Shown in pieces: positions 39,631 through 47,398 of a DNA stretch of 64,000 nt. This DNA is from a virus. The DNA is taken from IMG/VR virus record IMGVR_UViG_3300031920_000199; one strand, written 5' to 3'. Position 1 is the stretch's first letter. Every line of letters begins with the position of its first letter. Under the pieces are notes generated by a model that saw only the letters and a program-made list of their open reading frames with translations, made no database searches and was not told where the DNA came from. The translations under genes were made by a program, and so were the position numbers.

Positions 39631-39866
39631 CCTCCTTTCCGAGACAGTGATTGTCTCCGCTGGCTGACAAAGGCATTACGCATCGCATTGTTCTGACGCA
39701 TAAGAGCTACAATCAACCTACGCTGACCCTGAATAGCAGCTCCAGCCTTGCTTGCTAAAGCCCTGGTTCTCTTCTTTTGCTTTGACTTTCCAATTGCATA
39801 ACCACCAACACCAGCACCACCTACACCAAGAGCGCTAAGCAACGGTACTATAGGGACTCTTGCCAT
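39627..39866 (-). CDS. Small protein with hydrophobic Gly-rich N-terminus and basic tail
   Basis: GGAG RBS; 79 aa. Confidence 0.55.
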   Translation of the reverse strand: MARVPIVPLLSALGVGGAGVGGYAIGKSKQKKRTRALASKAGAAIQGQRRLIVALMRQNNAMRNAFVSQRRQSLSRKGG

Positions 39867-39885
39867 TTTTACGCTCCTAAAATAC

Positions 39886-39914
39886 TCCCGCCTACCAATT
39901 AAATGGAGGCGGGA
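39886..39914 (-). terminator. Intergenic hairpin, probable weak terminator
   Basis: TCCCGCCT...AGGCGGGA arms; GTATTTT follows on the minus strand. Confidence 0.5.
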
Positions 39915-39930
39915 ATGATTGTGCCAGTTA

Positions 39931-40332
39931 TTACATAATAGAAGAAAGCTTGCTAGTCAACGTCGACTCGCCTTCTCCAGAAAGCTCGTCAACAAAGCTA
40001 CGAGCCATGATGCGACCTGCAGCATCCAGTTCAGATGCGGTTCTCTCATCTTCATCTTGGCCATCTTCGAGAACAATCTCTCCGCTCTCAACCTTATCAA
40101 CGACATCTGCTGCCGTAGCAAGCTTCTGCTCTGCAGATTCAAAATCGATACCTTCGGCATCTAACAGATCACAGGCTTCAGCAAGCTTCGTGCAATCTTC
40201 ATCTGTGAATTCTGCTTTATCGATGATTCCTGCGAGTTTCACTGCTTCCTGCTCCGCTCCAGCTTTAACATCAGCTGCTGTGTGTTCGACTTCGCCGCCG
40301 TACACTTTATTGTACAGATTTGCAAGACTCAT
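39931..40332 (-). CDS. Acidic scaffold-like protein
   Basis: KLAG/KLAE/KLAT; AAGRIMARSFVDEL. Confidence 0.65.
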   Translation of the reverse strand: MSLANLYNKVYGGEVEHTAADVKAGAEQEAVKLAGIIDKAEFTDEDCTKLAEACDLLDAEGIDFESAEQKLATAADVVDKVESGEIVLEDGQDEDERTASELDAAGRIMARSFVDELSGEGESTLTSKLSSIM

Positions 40333-40386
40333 TGGTTATTCTCCTTCTGTATAAAACGTTAAACAAATAAAAATGCCGACAATAGA

Positions 40387-41076
40387 TTAGCGAGTCGCAG
40401 GAGCTGTCTTCTGACCGCTAGTTGCCGTTTCAGTTACCGTCAGATTATTTGGTACTTCCTGAGGATCCTGACCCTTAGACGCCACATTAGCAGCCTGGAC
40501 AATGCTCTTCACTACCTGAACCACGTCTTGGGATGTGGTCGGGCTCGATGGAGACTTGGCTCCATCTTCCTTCTTAGCCTGACTCAGCGCAGCTGATCCA
40601 TCCTGAACAATATCATTCATCGGTGTTGGAACATTTGCTGCACCAGCGCCAATGCTTGATTCAAAATTTGCGACTGTATCAGCAACGCCATATCCGCCTT
40701 CTGCCAGCTTCATTTCTTCGATGAAACCGCGAGCCATGAAGCGACCAGTTGCGATTGCTTCTTCGGCTTCTTTCATCTCTTCAGCAAGCTTTTCTCCTGC
40801 TTCAGCATCTTCTACAAATGCAGACAGAGCCTGGATCTGTGCAGGCTTCAGAGAAGCTGCTACTTTCGCCAAGAGTTCTGCAGCTTCTTTGCTATCGCCA
40901 TCAGCAGGTGCCGCAGGTGTCGCAGGTGCTCCAGGTTCCGCAGGTGTCACAGGTGCCGCAGGTGCAGCAGGTGCCGCAGTTCCATTACCATCTTCTTCGC
41001 CAGCGAGCTTCGTCTCCTCGCCCATCATAATGGCGAAAAGGTCTTCAACTGTCTGAGTATTTTCGCTAACAGCCAT
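40387..41076 (-). CDS. Acidic Ala/Pro-rich scaffold-like protein
   Basis: 9-bp GCAGGTG-core repeats (AP-rich linker); ATGRFMARGFIEEMKLAE. Confidence 0.65.
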   Translation of the reverse strand: MAVSENTQTVEDLFAIMMGEETKLAGEEDGNGTAAPAAPAAPVTPAEPGAPATPAAPADGDSKEAAELLAKVAASLKPAQIQALSAFVEDAEAGEKLAEEMKEAEEAIATGRFMARGFIEEMKLAEGGYGVADTVANFESSIGAGAANVPTPMNDIVQDGSAALSQAKKEDGAKSPSSPTTSQDVVQVVKSIVQAANVASKGQDPQEVPNNLTVTETATSGQKTAPATR

Positions 41077-41086
41077 CGTTTTCTCC

Positions 41087-42823
41087 TTACAGATTATAAA
41101 AACCGTTTACAATTGCTAGATCAATAATATCGGGTGGCGCATCACTGACCAGTGGCCACGTAATAGCCTTCCGCATTCTGAGCTCACTATCGACTGTTGA
41201 GCTCTGTTCACATGACGCCTTCTTCATTAGTCGAGCCGCGCCTAAAAAAGATGCTAAGCTTAAATACGCAGGATGTTTAACAAACTGCATTCCGATGTCT
41301 CCAGGAACTTTCCCTTTTGTCCGAAACTGCTCCTCCTTATGTGCTTTTACAAAATAAGGAAGTGTAGAAACGCCGAGAGCGGACAGTAACTTCTTCGGAG
41401 CAGACATATCTTTCAATCCTTTCAGATTTAAAGCAGCTGTCTTTTCCAATTGGTTCTTGACCTTTCCGACGCCAGCAGCAGCAACGGCACCCAGAAGCGC
41501 AGTTATGATAGGCTTCTTCTGGGCTGCATCAATGAGAAAACTCCCTGGTAGCTTAAGGATCTTTGACCTATACAAATCGAGGATGGCGGCTACGGTAGCG
41601 ACGGTTGGCAGACCCTTGGAGACCAGGTCCTGCTGGAGAGTCTGATCCTTATAATCGACTACAGGATTCTGGCTCGCTAACTTCACCACCCGCATCCGAA
41701 GAGCAGGTCTATAAGAGCTCCTATCCACCATATAAGGCTTTAGCATGGATATGATCTTATCGCTAATCGATTCGGAGTCGATAATTGGAGTTACATCTTC
41801 TCCGCCTTTCGATTTCAAGATAATGATCTTTTGAAACTCTCTTGGCTTAAGTACCATACCCATACCAGTAATTGTCGAGAGAATATTGCGAAGCGGGAAT
41901 GCCGCCATATCCCCAAGGGTTCTATCTGGTAGACTGGGCTCCAAAGAACATATCTTTGGTATCAGAGACACGAAAGCCTTCATAACATCCTGGTTCGGCT
42001 TTTCGGTCTTTACCTCTTCGACTGGAATTTCTTTCTTTATCTCAGCCGACTTATCTTCAGCTCGCTTAGGCTCTTCGACTCCTAGCGCATCAGCTATAAA
42101 AACTGATGGCACAACCACCTTCGAGCTTGCGACTTTATCCATCACGTAAGAAGCCTGCTCAGCTGGTTTAAGAACAAAAGAGATGTCAAAGAACCTGGGA
42201 TATTTATTGATGGCATATACTTTCCTACCATCTGTTAAAGTCTGATTCATTGCGTACTTAAGATGTTCGCAGTAGTCGTCACGCTTCTTTGCCTGATTCC
42301 CGCAGATACTGCATTCATCATAAAGTACTTTGCATCCCATTGAAACAGGGATTGCACGGCCAGATTCAGCCTTCTTTACTAAATCTGCATCTTTCTTTCT
42401 GTCGATAAAAGTTACGAGCTGAACTCTGTCCATTCTATCGTTATATGTGGAAAATGCAACCTTTTCTCCAACAGCAAGATTAATGTCTTTGTTCACGTGA
42501 TGCTTGAATGGGTATGCATACTTTACGAAAGTCTTATATCCGTAGTCCTGAATTCTAGGAGTGCCTACTTCAATTGGAGCTTCATGGGCAAGTACGTCTG
42601 ATTCGAAATAATCACCGTTGTTATTTGAACCCCAATTGGAACCACCGAGAGCGTTTATGTGGATATAAATGCCATCTTCGCGAGGCTTTAGTGTGCTTAC
42701 GAACTTAACAATATCATCATTAACAGAGGCACACTTATACATAAAGTCGTCATGCATATCAATTACAGAGACAAGTGGTTCGTCTCCAAAGTAACCTGGA
42801 TCTGTTGTTATGAGTTTATACAT
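41087..42823 (-). CDS. Putative prohead maturation protease (HK97/assemblin-like) with Zn finger and C-terminal extension
   Basis: NNNGDYF, PFKHHVNKD (His), PVSMGCKV (Ser), CSICG..CEH, FFDISFV..PA; upstream of scaffold and capsid genes. Confidence 0.65.
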   Translation of the reverse strand: MYKLITTDPGYFGDEPLVSVIDMHDDFMYKCASVNDDIVKFVSTLKPREDGIYIHINALGGSNWGSNNNGDYFESDVLAHEAPIEVGTPRIQDYGYKTFVKYAYPFKHHVNKDINLAVGEKVAFSTYNDRMDRVQLVTFIDRKKDADLVKKAESGRAIPVSMGCKVLYDECSICGNQAKKRDDYCEHLKYAMNQTLTDGRKVYAINKYPRFFDISFVLKPAEQASYVMDKVASSKVVVPSVFIADALGVEEPKRAEDKSAEIKKEIPVEEVKTEKPNQDVMKAFVSLIPKICSLEPSLPDRTLGDMAAFPLRNILSTITGMGMVLKPREFQKIIILKSKGGEDVTPIIDSESISDKIISMLKPYMVDRSSYRPALRMRVVKLASQNPVVDYKDQTLQQDLVSKGLPTVATVAAILDLYRSKILKLPGSFLIDAAQKKPIITALLGAVAAAGVGKVKNQLEKTAALNLKGLKDMSAPKKLLSALGVSTLPYFVKAHKEEQFRTKGKVPGDIGMQFVKHPAYLSLASFLGAARLMKKASCEQSSTVDSELRMRKAITWPLVSDAPPDIIDLAIVNGFYNL

Positions 42824-42854
42824 ATTAGTTTATACATATTAGTTTATACATATT
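42813..42854. repeat. Three perfect tandem copies of 14-mer AGTTTATACATATT spanning the protease start codon
   Basis: 42813-26, 42827-40, 42841-54. Confidence 0.95.
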
Positions 42855-42865
42855 ACCTTATACTC

Positions 42866-43201
42866 TTATTTATAGAGGCCTCTTCTTGACAATCTCATTA
42901 TGTCTGGAGTATCAAAAGGACCCTTCGGTTCTTTAACAGACATCAATTTCTTTGGGGTTATAGACTTACGTGCCCCCTTTGCGGTTGATGTTACCATGGT
43001 ACGTGGATCAGTCACGCCAATAATCTTTGCACGAACTGGAAGCTTCTTCGTTTTACCAGCGATCGTTCTAAGTGTTTTACCTACCCAGCCAGCATCCTTC
43101 GCCAGCTCTGGTGCAAGAGCAACAATCAGACGGATACGCTGATCAGAAGAGGCAAGCTTGTCTAGTTCGTCCAAGAAAGAATTCAAAAGTATTTCATTCA
43201 T
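42866..43201 (-). CDS. K-x-A-motif basic protein
   Basis: MNEILLNSFLDELDKLAS leader. Confidence 0.65.
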   Translation of the reverse strand: MNEILLNSFLDELDKLASSDQRIRLIVALAPELAKDAGWVGKTLRTIAGKTKKLPVRAKIIGVTDPRTMVTSTAKGARKSITPKKLMSVKEPKGPFDTPDIMRLSRRGLYK

Positions 43202-43208
43202 ATCTCAC

Positions 43209-43877
43209 CTAAATCTCTGTTTCTGTTGATGTTGTGGGTGCCATCCCAACCATTGTCTTTGCAACATCACCAACGGTCTTCGCCATAGCAGATGCACGCT
43301 GAGGAGGTCCGATTATTCCAGTTTGGATCTGAATCAAGTCTTTAAGGAGCGGATATTCAAGTCGACCAAATTCATGGGCATGCTGAAGTGCCGTCTGAAG
43401 AACATTCCTGTCCCCAGCCACTGTTGGTGTAAAGTATTTTATGGTTTTGAAATAGCTATCTATGTTGGGATCTTTTCTGAGATTAGGATTTTTGTTCATG
43501 ATCTCTTTGAAGTTCATGTTTGCACGTATGTTTGACATTCCCTTCTGTATAGCAGATGATGCTGACGACAATGCGATAAGACCAGTCGCGGCAGCAAGGC
43601 CCTGTATAAGAGGATTGCCCTTCATTCCAGCAAGTCCACCAGCGATAATATTTTTGACTGTCTTCTCTTTACGAGTAGCATTCTTCTTCATTTCCTTAAT
43701 TGGTGGCAATCTTCGGATGGCTGATGCTACTTTATCGCAATCTTCTGGAGTGAAATCATTCTTAATCAGGACAAACTGAATATATTCACAAAGCTCGCCT
43801 GGTCCTTCAGCAACCTTCTCCATGATCTGAGATCTTACTTCATCCAGATCACCCTTAAATTCCTGTGGTATAAGCAT
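43209..43877 (-). CDS. K-x-A-motif virion-associated protein
   Basis: EKVAE, DKVAS, KKNAT; Gly-rich hydrophobic helix. Confidence 0.65.
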   Translation of the reverse strand: MLIPQEFKGDLDEVRSQIMEKVAEGPGELCEYIQFVLIKNDFTPEDCDKVASAIRRLPPIKEMKKNATRKEKTVKNIIAGGLAGMKGNPLIQGLAAATGLIALSSASSAIQKGMSNIRANMNFKEIMNKNPNLRKDPNIDSYFKTIKYFTPTVAGDRNVLQTALQHAHEFGRLEYPLLKDLIQIQTGIIGPPQRASAMAKTVGDVAKTMVGMAPTTSTETEI

Positions 43878-43887
43878 TTAGTATCTC

Positions 43888-44226
43888 CTATCGTGGAACT
43901 GGAATATTTCTCGCCAGATCCCTTAGTTGAGCCTTCCCTCGCAACGGTGCCGAAGTCTTATAGGCTTTTGCCATATCAGATGCAAGGAAAGTTCCCGTAA
44001 CGCCAGCGCCAATCGTAGCTCCAGGATGCTTCCAGGCAAACCCTCCGACGCCCTTGGCAGCTTTTCCTGCAAGAGGAAGAGCCTTCTTGGCGGCAAAGAT
44101 ACCTGCTTTACCTGTTCCGAGCAATGCTTTTGCACCAAACCTTAGAGCGTGACCAACAAAAGCGGTCTTCTCATCCTGGCGAGTGCACAGCGCTCTGATA
44201 AGGTTGAGTTGGGCTGTCGTTCTCAT
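43888..44226 (-). CDS. K-x-A-motif cationic amphipathic protein
   Basis: DEKTAF followed by Gly/Ala/Lys-rich helix; start uncertain. Confidence 0.55.
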   Translation of the reverse strand: MRTTAQLNLIRALCTRQDEKTAFVGHALRFGAKALLGTGKAGIFAAKKALPLAGKAAKGVGGFAWKHPGATIGAGVTGTFLASDMAKAYKTSAPLRGKAQLRDLARNIPVPR

Positions 44227-45133
44227 TAAGAATATTCTTTATGTAATCGTCACGTTGTACAGAACCACTGATATCTTCAATTTTCCCTTTGATGATGTTA
44301 ACACCGCTGTCCATCATCCACGTAGCCCTTCTCAGTTTATCCTCGTCATCAAGATTACCTCCAAGGGTATCAACCCCCTGGATTAGCGGATGTCTGTTAT
44401 TGATGACGGTTACCTTATTTGAGGTTGGCAACGCTTTATCTGATTCAATGACCTGATCGATTACGTTTGTCGGGTCTCCTTGAGCAAGCTTCTCGTGAAT
44501 CCCAAAGATGCCCTGATCTCTCAGGTCTTTATATATATTTGCGAATAGTGGTTTTATATCGTGTTTGGAGTGGTTTAGTGCTATTCCTGCAATCTTGTGG
44601 AAGTCTTCACCCATTAGAACCATCTGCTTTACTATATAGTGGATATCTCTTTCAGATGCTTGCTTCTTCATCGTATTCTCATATGTACGATGCCTAAGCT
44701 CTATTTTAGCATTACTAACCTGTCGTCTTAACTTCGACGCAACCTTAACCTTCTCAGCAACTTCTGGCTCGTTAGATATGCTTTTAACGCCAAACGATGA
44801 GTTGATCTCTTCAGAGCTGGCTGTTTTTTTGATGTTTGGTGTTGACTTATAATCAAGATGTGATTGCTCAAGGGAGATACCCTCAAGCTCAGATGCGACC
44901 TTTGCTGGTGTGGCGATATCAAAATCCAACGCCTTGTCACGATTGGTAGGAAATATGGAATTGTAAGTCGCGAGATTTGCTACCTCACACACCCTTTTAA
45001 TTTGCGTAGGATTTAGATCATTCTCAACAGCGAGCTTTGCTATTTCGCTATTTAATCCTAAACCAGATTTTAGGTATGTTGACGCGGCCTGCTTGCCCCA
45101 TTCTCCAAATCTTGAAGGTTGGATTGATGGCAT
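44171..45133 (-). CDS. First gene of the head operon, K-x-A-rich protein
   Basis: 320 aa, eight K[QLVTI]A motifs; GGAGG RBS. Confidence 0.75.
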   Translation of the reverse strand: MPSIQPSRFGEWGKQAASTYLKSGLGLNSEIAKLAVENDLNPTQIKRVCEVANLATYNSIFPTNRDKALDFDIATPAKVASELEGISLEQSHLDYKSTPNIKKTASSEEINSSFGVKSISNEPEVAEKVKVASKLRRQVSNAKIELRHRTYENTMKKQASERDIHYIVKQMVLMGEDFHKIAGIALNHSKHDIKPLFANIYKDLRDQGIFGIHEKLAQGDPTNVIDQVIESDKALPTSNKVTVINNRHPLIQGVDTLGGNLDDEDKLRRATWMMDSGVNIIKGKIEDISGSVQRDDYIKNILNENDSPTQPYQSAVHSPG

Positions 45134-45182
45134 GTCTGTCCTCCGTGATTAAACCATTGATATAGAAGGCTTTATTGAAGAA

Positions 45183-45210
45183 ATTATAATATATGCTAGG
45201 AGTTTGTCAA
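45183..45210 (-). promoter_or_regulatory. Promoter TTGACA-N16-TATAAT driving the head operon
   Basis: Perfect hexamers on the minus strand, 50 bp before ATG 45133. Confidence 0.8.
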
Positions 45211-45307
45211 CTCTATTTATCGTAAAAAACTATTTATTTTTAGGTATAAGATATATGTCAGAGTAAATAGTAATCGCTAATTTCTATGTTTCATAGCAAA
45301 TAGATTC

Positions 45308-45316
45308 TGTTATAAT
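45308..45316 (+). promoter_or_regulatory. Extended -10 TGTTATAAT just upstream of the structured array (second candidate AGGTATAAG at 45242-45250)
   Basis: Perfect TGn-TATAAT; predicted start about 45323, just before unit 1. Confidence 0.55.
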
Positions 45317-45330
45317 GACAATTTATAACA

Positions 45331-46695
45331 TCATCGATATCGATATAAACAGGAGATACTCCTGTCAAGATTGTAAGTGCAGGATATATTTTCATCGACA
45401 TGAAGATGCATTGTGAAGCATGCTCCTAGTCATATCGATAAATTTGGTTATTGGATATCGAAGTTAATTATGTGAATGATACATTCACGTGGATAAATGA
45501 TTGTTTTTTTTATGGAATCGCTCCTTCGTATATCAGGATAATACCCTGATCTAGAAGCTGCCAGTTCTTATATTGGATATCGAAATCGCAGTTGCTACAG
45601 CTGCACTGTCTGTAGATTAGACCAATCTATATTACCATGAAGACGAGGCGCGTCTGCAACGCTTTTCTTCTTCAGGTTTATGATTATTAATTTAGGATAT
45701 CGAGTTCATTGTGGATGGTACATCCACTCAGTTAGGCAAGGTTGAATACATGGTAATCTCATCTCAACGAGACCGATAAAAAGGTCCTGTAAAGATGAGA
45801 TATTTATCACCATATTTGGATATCATCGAGTTTATAGTCGTTACGACTATGAGGAGTAAAAGAGAAGTATTTATAGAGGATCCCGCCGCCTCGTGATAAA
45901 ACATAACGGCCCGTCGGCGGGATCCTTTTTCTATATTACATTATTGGATGATCCGAACAAATGACTGATACAGTCATGCAGAATCACACTTAGCAGATTA
46001 TTCCGCTCACGCGATGCCGTTACATATCGCCTCCGCGGATGCTCATTATCTACTTAGGGATCATATCATAATCGAAACCGTGACTGTTACAGCCACACAG
46101 AGTTGTTATATAAGACATTTATTAACAACCTGGTCTTACGCATTCTGCGAGACCAGGTTATTAATTATTGATTTGGATTATGGATCACTTAATCGAAGGA
46201 GTGGTTGTTACGACCACAGAGTAGCATTGGATAGACAGTATCTCCACCATGACTGGTAGTCGACCTTTGGTCGCCTCACGCACAGAGATACATATATTTT
46301 GGATTAAGAAAAATCATCTCCGATCGGATGAAAATTCGTACATGATACATGTGCGACGATACCAAGCGATGAGTTATCTTTTAGCTCGGCTGCGGCAGCT
46401 CTATTCTATAGCTGCCGCAGCGGTTAATAATTATAATGGATCGGAAATTTTAATGTGGAACTGATGGAGCTGGTACAGCTTCACCGATTTACGCAACAGT
46501 GTTATCCAGATTGCCGAGCACCGCCTCCTCTGCGAAGAGGAGGAGCTCACAACTGATAATCACATTTAGCACATTATGGAATATGAAGATGTAACATCTT
46601 CGCCTGCGGACCTAAATCCAGACATTTTATAGACTATATAGGCAGGGCACGCATCTCCTGTAGGTCGAGCCGTGCCCAAGGAATTAGTCTTATTA
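45331..46695 (+). ncRNA. Array of 11 structurally conserved ~124-nt units (uncharacterised ncRNA array)
   Basis: 7-bp stem/triloop hairpins start at 45349, 45472, 45588, 45711, 45834, 45961, 46080, 46201, 46338, 46466, 46585; GGAT..TCGA leaders; second variable hairpin in each unit; no credible ORF. Confidence 0.8.
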
Positions 46696-46723
46696 TCTGT
46701 CTACTGCATATGTGCGAAAAATA

Positions 46724-46732
46724 TGGTATAAT
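46724..46732 (+). promoter_or_regulatory. Extended -10 promoter TGGTATAAT
   Basis: Recurrent motif AAAATATGGTATAATAATAATA. Confidence 0.7.
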
Positions 46733-46864
46733 AATAATAGAGACCAAAACGTTTACACATGAAAGGAGGTGAGAATTATAATCTGATGCGTGGTGTATTA
46801 TATGTTTTTGAGTGGCTTCTAAAATTATAATCTTATATATTGAAGATAGGAGAATAAATGAAAT

Positions 46865-47353
46865 ATGTTGATACCGTCACTGTTTATTAAGGTGAACCAC
46901 GACATAGACGTGGTTGAGAAAGAGTTGGGCAAGCAGGTGAACTGGCTCTACTATAGGGGAATGCGTCCCCAGACAAAATCGTATTCGTTAATGATTTACC
47001 TTAATAAATTTGATGACCGTTACAGGCTAACCAAAGAAAGATTAAACTTCTTGGATGGTATAGAGTTCTTGGCCTCTGTACGAAAGCAGAATTCAAAAAT
47101 ATTATGGCAGACATACATTAAGCTTAAAGTGGAAACGGTCATCTTCGGTGACCTCATGTCTGCAAAAACAATGCCAGCCAGAGATGATAAGGCTGAGTAT
47201 GAGAAAGCTAACAACTTTCTTCGCTGGTTTCTTTCCATCGAGTCGCTGGGAAGAATGGGAGACGTTCCTAAGGCGGAGAGATTTGACAGAATTATGCGGC
47301 AATATAACAAAAACATTAGACTCGTTCATCCAAAAGAAGGTATCGAGTGCTGA
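46865..47353 (+). CDS. Hypothetical basic protein (162 aa), apparently monocistronic, next to the array
   Basis: Promoter at 46724 and terminator at 47374. Confidence 0.7.
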   Translation: MLIPSLFIKVNHDIDVVEKELGKQVNWLYYRGMRPQTKSYSLMIYLNKFDDRYRLTKERLNFLDGIEFLASVRKQNSKILWQTYIKLKVETVIFGDLMSAKTMPARDDKAEYEKANNFLRWFLSIESLGRMGDVPKAERFDRIMRQYNKNIRLVHPKEGIEC

Positions 47354-47373
47354 TATTGAGAGGAGGCGAAATC

Positions 47374-47398
47374 GCGGGGTTAACCACCCCGCTTTTTT
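47374..47398 (+). terminator. Intrinsic terminator
   Basis: GCGGGGT-TAACC-ACCCCGC-TTTTTT. Confidence 0.85.

Noticed and set aside
32138-41000. Short coding repeats (sheath TGFTGF duplication, PDAP/EEP repeats at ~37.1-37.3 kb, AP-linker repeats at ~40.9 kb)
   Set aside because: Ordinary low-complexity linkers in structural proteins
45284-45296. CTATG-TTT-CATAG hairpin as a twelfth array unit
   Set aside because: Only 5 bp, TTT loop, off-period (65 nt before unit 1) and upstream of the likely promoter
46014-46464. ORFs 46014..46259 and 46249..46464
   Set aside because: No RBS, atypical composition, and they lie across hairpin units; treated as chance ORFs
45331-46695. CRISPR array interpretation of the periodic region
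   Set aside because: No identical 25-45-bp direct repeats; the period is about 124 nt and conservation is structural; no cas genes in the window
45331-46695. TIGR array or type III antitoxin (ToxI-like) repeats
   Set aside because: Units are about three times longer than the ~36-nt units of those systems; no consistent box C/D motifs, and no Nop-domain or ToxN-like gene recognised nearby
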